Assembly (NCBI GenBank): GCA_951406725.2 | Contig: OX597814.1 | Coordinates: forward strand, 100,750,001-100,814,000 | Source: Octopus vulgaris | Taxonomy: Eukaryota | Reading direction: 5' to 3' | DNA length: 64,000 nt | Part shown: piece by piece, positions 1 to 13,400 of the stretch | How the letters are laid out: every line of letters starts with the position of its first letter | How positions within the stretch are numbered: position 1 is the first letter of the stretch | Translations under genes and position numbers: made by a program | The notes under the pieces: model-generated | Databases searched by the model: none | The model's input: the letters and a program-made list of their open reading frames with translations, nothing else | What the model was told of the DNA's origin: nothing

Positions 1-512
1 GGCAAAATTCACCGCAGAGAATTATTTTCTGCAGAATTATTTCCGGAATTTTGGCGCGCCAAATCGAAGACTCTTGAAATATAACCCCAAATGTGATTGG
101 TAGAATTATATACATTTTCAATCTCATGCGGACGTTTTGTGTATAGTTCTGCAAATTATATTTTGCTACGACGATCAAACTGACGAGTTGCGGACATCTG
201 CGTAACTAATTATATAAGTGGTGACAACGAAAGCGGGTTTGTGGTTAATCTGTATATTTTGTATCGTTTCATTTGTCTTGCTCGCTTACCTTCTGGCGTT
301 TGCTAAATTTTCTTGAGAACATTCCTTTCTTAGTGGTAAGACCATACGGGGTCGATATCTAGCATAATGGATGCCCACTTAGTGGTCATCCCTCTTATAT
401 GTATATAATATAATTTTTCTGAATCTTCAGAATTTTCTATATGCTAGATCACTGGTTTTAAATTGATATCAATCAAATTAATATTCAATTTTTCACCCTT
501 ATTATTTTAAAC
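1..512 (+). mobile_element. Diverged HHR-bearing Penelope-pLTR/retrozyme-like element, relative of the 536-bp unit at 54.6-57.0 kb
   Basis: CAAA-CTGACGA-GTTG...CAAC-GAAA...TTTG at 176-241. The 3' part (cccacttagtggtcatccctcttatat ... attaatattcaatttttcacccttatta) aligns by eye with the 536-bp unit (gccacatagtgaccactctcttatat ... attagtatctaattctctcacccttatta). It ends at a (TA)n tract. Confidence 0.6.
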
Positions 513-520
513 TTAAATCT

Positions 521-551
<31 letters not shown>

Positions 552-553
552 TA

Positions 554-615
<62 letters not shown>

Positions 616-629
616 AACGCTCACGCATA

Positions 630-790
630 TATAAAGGGAAATTTTACGAAAATAAACAAAAGGCAAAGGCAGGTGGTGTACAAATAAACAGATGTATTAG
701 TATAGCGCTTAGGAATAGAAAAAGTCTTTTACGTTTCGAGCCTACGCTCTTCTACAGAAAGATACACAGAAAAAAACAAGGAGAGAATCT
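630..790 (-). mobile_element. Short Penelope-like pLTR fragment with minimal hammerhead (725-762)
   Basis: Minus strand reads TCTTT-CTGTAGA-A-GAGC-GTAG-GCTC-GAA-ACGT-A-AAAGA. Related copies lie at 12450-12570, 21270-21390 and 24360-24570. Confidence 0.7.
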
Positions 791-794
791 TTAT

Positions 795-960
795 ATACAT
801 ACATACATACATACATACATACATACATACATACATACATACATACATACATACATACATACATACATACATGCATACATACATACATATATGCATACAT
901 ACATACATACATACATACATACATACATACATACATTCATACATACATACATACATACAT
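795..960. repeat. (TACA)n microsatellite
   Basis: Direct tandem repeat; source of the spurious MYVC ORFs. Confidence 0.95.
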
Positions 961-2449
961 ATATGATATGTGTGCTCGTGTGTGTGCATGCATGTGTGTG
1001 TGTGTGTGTGTATTACTTTTCGGGTTTTTTTCTTTTTCTAAGAGTTCTGTGGTAAAATGTTTAGACCGTCTGAAAAAAATGCACTGAGGTATTTGTTTCG
1101 GCTCTTTTCATTCAAATTTCAATCTTGTTGCTGTCGACACTTTCTTGTATTCATTCTGTCTCGCTAAAACATTGTCGAAGCCAAGTGTTATGAATGACGG
1201 TTCAGAATTTTGCCTAATTGCAAGTGCTAATAGCATTGACTAATCTCCTCCATTGAAAAATGCTGATCTTGTATCTAACCATTGTTAGTGTTAATTTCCT
1301 AGAAGGCAATGAACTGGGAGATTGATAAGAGCAATTTCTTCTAACTCGTTACGTACTGAGTTCAAATTCCGCCAATGTTAACTACGCCTTTCATCATTTA
1401 GTTGTGAGGTTCTGTAGTTGCCTTGTTCTACGAATATACCACCAGAGAGAGACAAAATTTCCAGATCATTTAGTTATTAAACATAAACCTTATACGCTTT
1501 TACATTTCTAATGTTGATTTTTCATTAAATCCCTTTAGAAAAGCATTATCATCCTTGTGACTTACTTTACTCCTGCGATTTCACATGAACGATTGTGGCG
1601 ATTGTAATTTAAAATGGCATTTCGTTACGCGTCTTTTAATGATGGATTCGATTTCTTCTTAGCTCAGTTTGCAAATGTTGCTTTTACTGATACCAAGAAA
1701 ATAAGTATGATTATAATAATAGTATAGGTGATATATTAGTGTACACACGCAAAACTTGTGGAATTGTGTCTATTTTGAAAATAAGCGTCATCATCGGTAG
1801 TGAAAAGACTGCAAGAGCATGAAAAAAAAAAACGTTTACGACAGTTCCTCCGTCTCGTTACTTACTGTTTTCAAATTTCATGGTGGTCGACATTGGTTTT
1901 CCTCTGCACAGGTTCGATAAAACAATTACCTGGTGAGCACTGAGATCGATGTAATCGCGTGACGCGCTACCCCTAAAATTGCTTGTCTTACGCCAAAATT
2001 TGAAACAGAAAAAAAATGCCTTTGAGCATTTGCATCGATGACTTACGTTGTTTGTTTAAATCTTGCTCATGTCGACTTCATTTCCCTCTTTGTGGGGTTA
2101 ATAAAAGAATGTAGCTGTTAAACACTATGTTGATGGTGTCGGTCAATTACCTTCATTCAAAAAAATCTGGCCTTGTACCTAAGTAAAAAAAAATTATGAA
2201 TAGATGCTTCCGTTGTAGCTCTAAGACACCAACTGCAATGAACTTGTAGGACGATCCTGTTGTAATATTATTCTTTTACTCTTTTATTATTTTAGTCGTA
2301 GAAATCGAACCCAGGACTTATTCTTTGTAAGCTCAGTGCTTATTCTATCGGTCTCTTTTTTCGAACCGCTAAGTTGTCAAGTGACGATGGATGGTGGGGG
2401 AGGGGTCAATCACAGACACAAAGATACACGCATAAATAGATATATATTT

Positions 2450-2652
2450 CTTTACTATCCACAAGGGGCTAAACACAGAGGGGACAAACAAGGACAGACA
2501 AACGGATTATGTCGATTATATCGACCCCAGTGCGTAACTGGTGCTTAATTTATCGACCCTGAAAAGATGAAAGGCAAAGTCGACCTCGGCGGAATTTGAA
2601 CTCAGAAGGTAACGGCAGACGAAATACGGCTACGCATTTCACCCGGCGTGCT
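2450..2652 (-). mobile_element. tRNA-derived SINE, family B (octopus-type; GACTTTGCCTTTCATCC...AGTACCAG core)
   Basis: Reverse complement of the family seen at 14291, 58257 and 63243; B-box-like GAGTTCAAATTCC. Confidence 0.8.
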
Positions 2653-2667
2653 ATATATTTATATATA

Positions 2668-2953
2668 TCACGTGCCCGACCAGGCTATCAGATGTTGCTA
2701 CACACTGCTGGTCACAATGCGCTTCACATTGTTTTAGCCTTAAAATGCCGCCACCCCGCTGGATATGCGAGCAGGCCAACAGAAGAAAAAGTGAGAGAAA
2801 GTTGCGGCGAAAGAGTACAGCAGGGATCGGCACCACGCCCTGCCAGAGCCTCGTGGAGCTTTAGGTGTTTTCGCTCAATAAACACAGCGCCCGGCCTGGG
2901 AATCGAAACCGCGATCCTACGACCGCGAGTCCGCTGCCCTAAACACTGGGCCT
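2668..2953 (-). mobile_element. tRNA-derived SINE, family C (octopus OR-like)
   Basis: Minus-strand head GGCCCAGTGTTTAGGGCAGCGGACTCGCGGTCGTAGGATCGCGGTTTCGATTCCCAG with A/B boxes. Fragments recur at 43625-43798 and 60700-60818. Confidence 0.75.
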
Positions 2954-2996
2954 TTGTTCCATCACATTTATATATATATTTATGTATGTATATATA

Positions 2997-3162
2997 TACG
3001 ACGGGATTCTTTCAGTTTCCGTCTACCAAATCTACTCACAAAGCTTTGGTCGGCCCGAGGCTCTAGTAGAAGACACTTGCCCAAGTTAACACGCAGTGGG
3101 ACTAAACCCGCAATCATGTGGTTAGGAAGCCAGTTTCTTACCACACACCCACTCCTGCGTCT
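2997..3162 (-). mobile_element. tRNA-derived SINE, family A, 5' half
   Basis: Reverse complement of the head at 35666 and 43225 (GGCGCAGGAGTGGCTGTGTGGTAAG...TTGGGCAAGTGTCTTC). Confidence 0.8.
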
Positions 3163-3588
3163 GTTGTTAACTGTTATTCAAGGTCATCGACGTCTATCCT
3201 CTTGTGTTTTCTATATAGTAAGTTTATACCCCAAATGTTTTCTAATTACGTTTGATAAATTCTGATCCCCGCCCCCATTTTATCCATATTACAGGAAATA
3301 TACATACTTAAAAATAAGTTGTAGACTGCAATCAAGGTTTTGTTTTCAGGCCTTCATTTCTGATAATTATTACGTTAATATAAGCCGCAGTTTACACACA
3401 CACACACACATTCTCTTTCTCTCTCCTCCTTTCTCTCCCCCTCTCTCTTTCTCTCTCTCTCTCTCTCCCCCTCTGTCTCTCTTTCTCTCTCACACACACG
3501 CACACACACTGAAAAATAAGGTTGGTGTGCGCTAGACATATGCATCTATATTATAATACAGAAATCCACTTTGGGACATGTATTAAAC

Positions 3589-3874
3589 CAGTGGTTCTCA
3601 AAGTGGAGGATACTGCCCCCTACTGGGGAGGCGGTTTCAAAGATCCAGGGCATGTTGGAGAAAAGTGGGGCCGATAACGTGGTGGCCAAAAGAGAGTGAT
3701 GGAAGCAAAGAAAAACAAAATAATGGGTTAATTAGGTTATATTTTACTTGTGAAACATTTTTAAAAATTTGAAGTTGAAAGTTTATGTTTTGTGGTGGTA
3801 AATGGGGGAAGGCCGCTAGGATCCTGGCCTGAGTAACGAGGAGGCGGCAACCCGATAAAGTTTGGGAATCACGG
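3589..3874. mobile_element. hAT (Charlie-like) MITE
   Basis: TIRs CAGTGGTTCTCAAA (3589) and TTTGGGAATCACGG (ends 3874). Flanked by a near-identical 8-bp TSD, TATTAAAC / TAGTAAAC. Confidence 0.8.
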
Positions 3875-4452
3875 TAGTAAACGATAACAACGTTTAAATC
3901 TAACATGTATAGTGTAATTAATGATAGAATGTGAACCACAGTTGCCGAAAGGACAAAACAAATGGTGAAAATCTTTCATTAGTGGGTTGTTATATGTAAA
4001 ATCATAACAGTTTTACAAAATCCCGCTTTGATTTTACAAGAAATCTCGATCGTTGACCCTACTCACTCACACACATGCAGACACACAGACAGAGGATCAT
4101 ACATACAGTTATATATCTTTTATTTCCCCTGTTACTTCAGCCATTGACCTGTGACTGTGCTGGGATACCACCTTGAAGTATTTAGTAGAACATATCGACC
4201 CCAGAACTTATTTTGATATCTGGCAGTTATTCTGCCTGTCTCTTTTGTCGGACACCTAGGTCACAGAAATCTCAACAAAGCAGCAACATTTTTCAAGGGA
4301 TTGGAAATTGCGTGGACAGACACAATCACAAATATGCTCATATAGTGTGAGTCTGAATGTTTGTCCGATATTAGACGGCAGGTTGTACAAACTAGTACAG
4401 CTATGCTATTATCGTAAGCATGAAACTCATAGTAGCTCTATTTTAAATCCAC

Positions 4453-4500
<48 letters not shown>

Positions 4501-4505
<5 letters not shown>

Positions 4506-4695
4506 ATAAAAACGGTAAGATAACAAAAGAAAGAAAGAGACCTCGATATTATGTAAATAGAGGAAATTATCTGTAAATGTAATATGTGACAATTATTCGG
4601 TAGCCAAGATAAAACTCCGAGTGAATTTCCACCTCGGCATCCGAAACTCGGAGTTTTATCTTGGCTACCGAATAATTGTCACATATTACATTTAC

Positions 4696-4700
<5 letters not shown>
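4501..4700. repeat. Perfect 55-bp inverted repeat (4568-4622 / 4646-4700) in a pLTR-like insert between (TA)n tracts
   Basis: Arms are exact reverse complements with a 23-bp spacer. Contains GAA-ACTC-G-GAGT-T, resembling an HHR 3' half. Confidence 0.85.
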
Positions 4701-4744
<44 letters not shown>

Positions 4745-4750
4745 TATTTA

Positions 4751-4864
4751 TATTTAGCTGAAGTAACACAGTGACTCAAGGCCCGACAGTTTCGTGCACT
4801 GACATTTAATTGCCAACGCATGAAACTCTCTGACCTCGAGTCACTCTGTTACTTCTGCTAAATA
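4751..4864. repeat. Imperfect inverted repeat, pLTR-like
   Basis: tatttagctgaagtaacacagtgactc...ttcgtgc versus gcatgaaa...gagtcactctgttacttctgctaaata. Confidence 0.7.
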
Positions 4865-5535
4865 TTAATAGAAATATACATATTTTTCCTTTTGCATCAA
4901 CATTGCATACATACATAGATATATACTTACATGTATGTATGCATGTATGTATGTATTCGACGGGCTGTCATTTTACCAAATTCATCACAAGACATTGTTC
5001 TGTACCAACTATAGTGGAAGACACTCACCCTAAGTGCCACGTAGTGAAACTGAACTAGAAACCTTGTATTTTGAAAGCAAACCTTTCAACCACACAGCCT
5101 AAATTCTCGACAGTGACATTTTATGTTATTCATTAATCTATATGCCGTATGATTAAATGTATAATTGCATTTGGCTGCTTCTCGCCAATCTAACTCCACT
5201 GTACACGGCAGAATGCTTATAATTTGTGTACATTTAAACAATCCGATATGTCTTTCGTCTACACCGCAAATAATATGTCAAAACGTTGAAATGTGTATAT
5301 TTATGCGTGGTATATTAATTCATATATGATGTAGTGTAATGTTTACAAAGTAATTCACTAGAGTTACGCATAGATTACATTTTAACAAATCATCATTTAA
5401 AATAAACCAAGCAATCAGTGACATAGTATCTTAAAGTATAAAAGAGAGACTATATGTAAGTTAACAGACTGTGCATATTTAGATGTAAACTATTAGCTTC
5501 ACGATATTTTATTTCCTGCATTCTCTCTCGTCCGC

Positions 5536-5586
<51 letters not shown>

Positions 5587-6081
5587 CCTCTCTCATGTTC
5601 TTTCTTTTTTTTTAACATTATTTATATTTGAAATATTGCTCATTCGTTTAACATCAGTTTATGCATTTATTAATTCTGTAAGATTCATATTTACTTCCCA
5701 CTCATCCGATTTTGTTAACCATTACATTATAGGTCATCTGCATCTATGACGCTTTTTTCATTCGATGCTCCTGTAGCAAATCATGATCGCCAACACCACT
5801 GCCACCACCACTATCAAACCACCACCACCACCACTATCAAACCACCACCACCATCATCATCGTCGTCGTCATTATAATTGTTGTTAGTGGTTTCAAATTT
5901 TGGTACAAAGCCAGCAATTTCGGGGAAGGGGCACAAGTTGATAGCATCGACGCCAGTATTCAACTGATACTTATTTTTAACGACTTTCCCTTTTCAGGGT
6001 CGATAAAGTAAGTAGCTGGGATTGATGTAATCGACATACCCACTCCCTCGAAATTGCTGGCCTTGTGCCAAAATTTTAAAG

Positions 6082-6082
<1 letters not shown>

Positions 6083-6144
<62 letters not shown>

Positions 6145-6173
6145 CATTATTATTATTATCATTATTATTATTA

Positions 6174-6264
<91 letters not shown>

Positions 6265-6272
6265 CATTATTA

Positions 6273-6322
<50 letters not shown>

Positions 6323-6364
6323 TTTATTATCATCGTCATCATCATCATCATTATTATTATTATT
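6083..6364. repeat. (TTA)n/(TCA)n trinucleotide microsatellite
   Basis: Direct repeat following a SINE-B tail; source of the poly-L and poly-I ORFs. Confidence 0.95.
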
Positions 6365-6393
6365 ACAGTTCTATATTTAAGAGATGAAGAATT

Positions 6394-6632
6394 ATGTACC
6401 TTATTTACATTATTTACAATTGACAGATATTTGTCATCGTGTTGTTTGTTGTTAACACAACGTTTCGGCTGATATACCCTCCAGCCTTCATCAGGTTTCT
6501 TGGGGAACCCAAGTTCGAAATTTCTCCAAGACACCTGATGGCGGCTGGAGGATATATCAGCCAAAACGTTGTATTAACAACAAACAAGATACGGATAAAT
6601 ATCCGTCAATTGTAAATAATGTAAATAATGTA
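6394..6632. mobile_element. Divergent inverted pair of HHR-bearing pLTR fragments
   Basis: Arms of about 110 bp. Minus-strand HHR at 6454-6499 (CTGATGA-A-GGCTG...CAGCC-GAA-ACGT-T-GTGTT) and a mutated plus-strand copy at 6530-6575. Confidence 0.8.
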
Positions 6633-7199
6633 TTATTATTATTACTATTATTAGTATTAAGCTAGCGCATGCTACTTTAAAATAAGTACCAGCTGAGCAC
6701 TGGGGTCTATGTAATTGAAATATCTTCTGCCCCGAAATTGTTGGCCTTGTGCCAAAACTTGAAAGCAACATCATTATTATCATCATTATCATCATCGTTA
6801 TCATCATCACCCCATCATCATCATCATCATTATGGAAGCAGTGAGTGGACAGAACCGTTAAAGGTCTGGAAATATACTTTGTGCTATTGTTCCAGCTCTT
6901 TAATTTCTGAGTTCAGATCCCGCTACAATCAAATTTTCTGTTCATCCCCTCGAGGTCAATAAAATAAAGAACTAGTCAAATGTTGCATTGTTGTAATCGA
7001 CTTAACCCTTCCCTTGTAAGTGCTAGCATTGTATCAGAATTGAAAATAATAATAATCGTTGTTGTCTTTTTCCGTCGAGCCGAACGTGTTTTGGAAACTT
7101 CGTGAGGTTTTCTCTCTTTTGCTATTTAGATATTTATTTTGTTGATTTTATTAGTCTACTTACTGTCTTAGTAGACCGAACCATAAGGTACTGATCAAT

Positions 7200-10020
7200 C
7201 GCTTCTATTACTCTTCCTACAGAGCAAAATATGTAAAGAAAGTTGTTTTCGAAATATATGATGGGAAGTCAAATATTATCCTCACTTTCGCATATCTTTA
7301 TTATTGAGTGTGAATACTCATATCAAGCTGGACTCTGAATATGGGGTGTATGGAAAGTCTCATAAGCTCTGAAGCATCCGAGATGTTTTCCACCCAAAAA
7401 CATTTTCCACCCGAACCCAGAAGTACTCCAACGCCCCACAAAGAATTGAATACTGAATTACTTGGGACAGAGAATGATCCAATTGAAAATTCCAAGCATA
7501 CGACTAGAACTAAAGCTCTGAAATATATGGTCTTGGCAAACCTAGCAAGCTGATAGAAATTTAATGTATAGAATTGTTGGGATATGGTTGTAGATTTTGT
7601 TTCAGATGAAACTTGAGACGCTAGACTATTCATAATAACTGACTGGACGCAGAAGATAATTTAGTGGTCCTAGCTAAAACAGTAGCGAATGGGATGTCTA
7701 ACGACTTGAAGCTATTTATCCCATGACAGCAAGTTTTCTTAAGACGTTTGGAGGTTTTTCCTGGGAACGTCCCTTCTAGTGGGAGAAAAATCCCGAATTT
7801 GGACTCATGTTTGCATTGTTTGGCACTAACTACTAAGATAAGGAGGGGTGCAAAAGCATCTCAAACTTGCTCTGGCGTTTCTAGCACTATGTCAGAGAAC
7901 AAATGGCATTAGATCACAACCACAGAATATTCTGTAAGCCAGTAGTTAAAGATGGGATAGGTTGTCCTCATTTAATATCATTGACTACACTGGCCGCAAA
8001 TTTGTTGCGATATTTGCGATCGAATGTCAATGTCCCAGTTACTGGAGACTGAATGCATTGGTTTCAAAGAACTGTTTGGAAAATTAATTAAGCAACAATT
8101 GGCGGGGTAAATCTTCAACAACAATGTTGTGTTTGGATCAGAAAAGTGCTATTAGGAAAGAAGCGACAAATTTTAGTAAGGTTGTACCGCAATAGAAAAA
8201 TAGGATAGAGGGTAATTAATGAGAAAGAAGCGCTTAAGAAAGAAGGTGCAGCGGCGAGATAGGTACGGGACGTATGCATCAACGTGAAGGAGGGAATCTG
8301 TGGTCAGATCCAAGCCATAAGCTTTGCTGATGCAAGGGGATGAAAACGGTTCGTGGGCCTCAGCAGTAGAACGAAATATTTGCAACATAGAAACAATTCA
8401 GTTTTTGGCTGATCAAAATTTGATGAGGAGAGAAAATACCAGAGGTCTTACACTAGACTTTGCTCATTGGATGACGTCGTGAGACAAGAGAGACACATGC
8501 TCAACCATAAGCTTTAGTGCTAGATACGACTCTTCTGACATCGACACATTAGCCATTCAGTACCAGTAGGTCATGGTGATGACCAGCAACAACACGTGCT
8601 GGCGTAATGACCGCACGGACCTTCACGTCTTGAGGATCCACGGACTTAAACTCCATTTTGAGAGCTGAAATGAGGTTCGCATGACTATTAGTGCAAAACA
8701 AAAACGCAGTTATTAATATTATGATAAATAAAAGAGGCTTGAGCTCCTTTCTACACAGACAAATGGAAAATATGGTAAAATAATGGAAGTTGTTTCAGGC
8801 AACACTTTTGGCATCAACATTAGGCAACTGAAGTGAAAACTATAGCTGCTCCACTGTTTAAGTATCACCGTTAGTTGTAGCCCTAAGCTTAACCGTTAGG
8901 TAAAACAGTCACAAACGAAATCGCTTTAACTTTAGAAACTCTAGCCAAAGGAGCAAGCAAACTAGGGCCCGAAGAAGCCAGATATTCTCCTATTCACGTG
9001 CAGGTCTATCGAGAGTCTGAACAATAATTCCATCCCATTGTTTTGCAGAAGGATAGAGGCAAGGGGAATGATAGAAAACCATCGAAGATAGTAAGAAGAA
9101 ACACCAAGAAGAAAGAACAAAATAAATGAGATCTGCCAAGAAATATGTCAAGTAGGATATTGGATATCTCTAATAAAAAAAATGAGGCCGTCCCTGGAGT
9201 GCATTAAATTCACGGTTAACTGAAATGGGATTTGAGAGCTGTGTGATATAGAAACTAAATGATCGAACAGAATGCTGTGTTGCTTGAAGAGATAATATAG
9301 GATAAGTACATCACGCCCAAAGAGAACAGGCGTTTCTTGAAAACAACACCAACAAACAGTCTATTGGCAACAAATGGAACTCGACCTAGCAACGAGGGTT
9401 ATTTAACAGTTCATCTAAAATAGAATCTTTTCAAGGGTTAATTAGAAAAGTCCAGAATAAGAAAGATTCTGAACGTTCCGTTCCGCAAGGTATTGTGAGA
9501 CTTGAATCGCCTCCTGAGCCTATTTGGATGGCGGTTTTTAATCTGTTTGTGAACGAATGCGTATTTGCGTTCTGTCCTGCGTATTATTCTTCGAATATTC
9601 TCTAAACAAAACACATCGGACAATGAAGTAGGTAGATGGCGTCGTCCCCCCACCAGACTACTTGTCTGGGATTCTATGCCAGGTACCAAATGGTGTACAA
9701 TAGTAAAAGGAGCAAGCTCAATGATGGGGCTACCCCGCGGAAACGACTCATTTGCTCGTTGATGCCCAACCATTGTCTGGTGGTACAGATTTTTCCGCTT
9801 GACTGCAATAACCTTCAAGCTGTTGACCTAGGACTCCCCCGCCTAATCGGTTATCGAGTCTCCTGCTGCCGACGTCTTCACCAAAACCTTGGGACAGGAA
9901 TCTAAGGGGTTGCTAGCACGTGCTCAACGTGCCACCCCAGTCTATGGCTCGAAGGGGCGACTTACTCACCCTTTTGCAGTCTGTCACTGATGCGGGTGCC
10001 GTATCTTACCGCGACTGAGT
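7200..10020 (-). mobile_element. Heavily decayed non-LTR retrotransposon (L1/Tx1-like)
   Basis: Higher-complexity block without microsatellites. Minus-strand remnants resemble the APE endonuclease SDH motif (about 8300-8315) and RT segments (ATNLRPV near 7990, GFFSH*KGRSQ near 7760-7800). Boundaries are approximate. Confidence 0.4.
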
Positions 10021-12296
10021 TTTCAACTTATTTTAGTATTTTACTCTACAGCCTCACCTTCGTTACATCTTTATATGGTTTGCAGCCCCATTTACACATC
10101 ATGTTTTTTTAATTGTTATTTTTAGGACCTTGTGGCCATTAAAGAAATAACAACACCGTCATCTTCATCGTCATCATATCAATGTCGTCGTCGTAATCGT
10201 CGTTGATTTCGACATTGTCGTCGTTGTCATCCTCATCACCATTACCATTTTCGTCATCATCAACATCTTTATCAACATTTTATATTTTCATATTATTATT
10301 TTTTTTATTGTTGCCATTAAAGTTATTTCATTGTTTATAGCTTTCCTTTCTATTTTGTATGTTTTTTTTTACAGTTCTTATTTATTCAGAACGAAGGAAA
10401 GAATGGAAGAAAGAAAAAGACAATAGACGAAGAGAGAAAGAAAAACAGGATGAAACAAAGAAAAGAGAAACTTCAACCCCTACTTGAATATAAAATTGAA
10501 ATCAATAGTTATATTGAACCCCGCGCATATCCCGATTTTAATTATTATGGTAATGTAATTGCCAATCAATAATCTAATTAGCCAAACAAAAAAACGAAAT
10601 AAAGACAAAATAAAATAAAAGAAGCTTCAATAAAAATGAATTAATAAAAATAAAAAAATTAAACTATAAACAACACCATTACAGAAAAACCCTCCAAGAT
10701 ATGAGTTTTGCGTTGTTCTTCTGTTTGTTTATTTTTTCGTCTCTCTTTTCACCAATAAAGAAATCATATAACAAAACAAAGGTTGATAATTGGTTGAAGT
10801 ATTAAAAGAATCTGCTCTTTTCTTTCAGAATTTTTTTTCGTTTCTTGATGTTATTGTTTTCTTCACAGTTCTCTTCTGCTGCCGCTTCCACAATTAAGTG
10901 CAATAGCTGAAGCAGCATTGAACTATCTAACGCAGTATCTGCTAAAGAACTCTATGAGAAATAAAATCAGAGTTATTAAAGTGTTATCTTTGAAAGAGTG
11001 TTTGAAATAATAGTGGAAGCAGTCAACGCCGTTTATTAAAGAACGTAAGTCACGGCTTACTTACACTCAACGTTCTTTTAGGTACAGGAGAAATAAATAT
11101 ACTGAAGGAAATATACATATCTAACAGACACTGGGCAGAATAAATTTGAAGGGCAGAAAAAGACGGTTGTTCTTCACTGGTAATTTATTTTATTGACTCC
11201 CAAAATGACGAAGGGTAAAGTTGACATCTATAGCATTTAAACTCAGAACATAAAATGCTTGAAAATATATCGCATAGAATCTTTTCTCTGATGTTCTTGT
11301 GTTTTCGCCCATCCAATGTCCTTGTGCTGCAATACATGATGTTTTCTTCATCGGAACTATGCCTCAAACTATGGGGACGAGTTGTTAGTTGATTACTTGG
11401 GAATGTTATAATGGATGGCTACTTTGATCAAACCTACAAGGTTAAAAAGCAATGTTGTCCCTAAAATTCATGATAATTTTCTGGAATCAGGTAGCATGTT
11501 CGTATCGTTGTTTGCAAAAGCTGTACTCTGCCAAGAATTGAGGAATTCTACTAATGGTATTTGCTTTATATTTCTCAGCTCACACGAAACAGTATTCTTA
11601 AATAGAACGGAGAGGAATTTTCTCCTGCTAATAAGTCAGACGCGAGCTCCTCTTTACATACGTTTTTCTTTCTTATTTGTACATATTTGTCAAGTTTTAA
11701 TAACTCTGGTCTATATTACTGTTTTATACACACACACAGACAAATGCACACATATAATAGGTGATATAATTGTTGGTTCGTTTGTTGATTTCTCCAATCA
11801 CACATTACTTCATATGTAGTATAACAGAGATGAAAAGATAGTTGACATGAGACGTTAATATCGATAGAACAGAGAAATAGAGAAGTAGTAGCAGGGAGGG
11901 TGGTAAAGATGATAAAAGTTATGTAGTAGTTGGGCAACAAATATATGCGACATACTTACACATACAGTCTTACATACACTCAATTTTCTTTTCATAAACA
12001 TGGGGTCGAAGAAATCAGCACTGGGATCGATGTAATCGACTAGCACCTTTCCCCAATAAAATTTTCAAGGCCTTGTGCCTAGCGTAGAAATAACCTTTAC
12101 TATCGTTGTTTAATCTCCGTGTTTCCCTCCCGAAGGCCTTCTAGCGATGATTAACCCATCATTTTATACATCAGACAGACAGAAATGTAATTACACACTG
12201 CAGACAGTTTAAAATGGGGTATAAACTTGATAAGCAGTTGGTAGGAAGATGTAAAGAAGCAGTAGGGTTACATAAACATATAGGTTTGAACACGTG

Positions 12297-12408
<112 letters not shown>

Positions 12409-12449
12409 TATATGTGTGTGTGTGTGTGGAGAGAGAGAGTTGAAATTTA

Positions 12450-12620
12450 CAGAAAAGCAAAAGACGAAGACAGGTGTTTGAACAACAAGCAGGTATATTA
12501 GCTTGATGCTCGGGAGAGTGAAAAAGTCTTTTACGTTTCGAGCTTACGCTCTTCAACAAAAAGGATATATGTAACTGCCGTTGGTTTGTTCGTTGGTTGA
12601 TTTCTCCAGTCACACTTTAT
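12450..12620 (-). mobile_element. pLTR fragment with minimal hammerhead (12527-12564)
   Basis: Minus strand CCTTT-TTGTTGA-A-GAGC-GTAA-GCTC-GAA-ACGT-A-AAAGA; same family as 630-790. Confidence 0.65.
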
Positions 12621-13160
12621 ATCGAATAGGGAGAGGAGGGAGATAGATGCAGAAAGTGTTAACATAAGAGGGGCAGGATGAGTGCACATATTCAGCTTTG
12701 TGGCAGGTAATGAATACAGGAACACTATACATGCAGTGAGAGAGAAAGAATCACAGAGACAGAGAAAGAGAAAAGTGAGGCAGAAGAAGAATAAGATGTA
12801 GAGGTGGAGAGGATGAAGGGGTGAGGAAAAGTGACGGAAGTGGAAGAAGACGTCATCGAGAGTATTTGACTATAATTGAAAAATGCTATGCAATATTTAA
12901 TTTTTTTGTCATGAATATTTTCCTCATATGTTTTTCAAGTAATCTGTTTTTGATTTTTCATTAATTATTTGGGTACTGGCTAACTTACAGGTAATAATTC
13001 TAAATGAATATATATCACTACAATTGCTACAATAACATTTAAAATACTTTCGCTACCATGAGATACAACAGGAAATATGGCATGCACAAATTAATAATAA
13101 TTCGACTTTTATCAAATTACACACGTTGGTTATATTACGGGTAACACTCTAATATATAAG

Positions 13161-13191
<31 letters not shown>

Positions 13192-13204
13192 ACTAATAAT
13201 GATT

Positions 13205-13400
13205 TCAATTTTTGGCACAAGGCCAGCTATTTGTGGAAGGGAGTGAATCGACTACATCGATCCCAGTGTTCAACTGGTTCTTAATTTTTCGACCCCGAAA
13301 AGATAAAAGGCAACGACCTCGGCCTAATTTGAACTCGGAACGTAAAGACGGACCGCTAAGCAATTTTACCGGTACGCTAACGATTCTGCCTGCTTGCCGC
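13205..13400 (-). mobile_element. SINE family B copy
   Basis: Similar to other family-B copies, including the tail ggccttgtgccaaaa. Confidence 0.7.
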
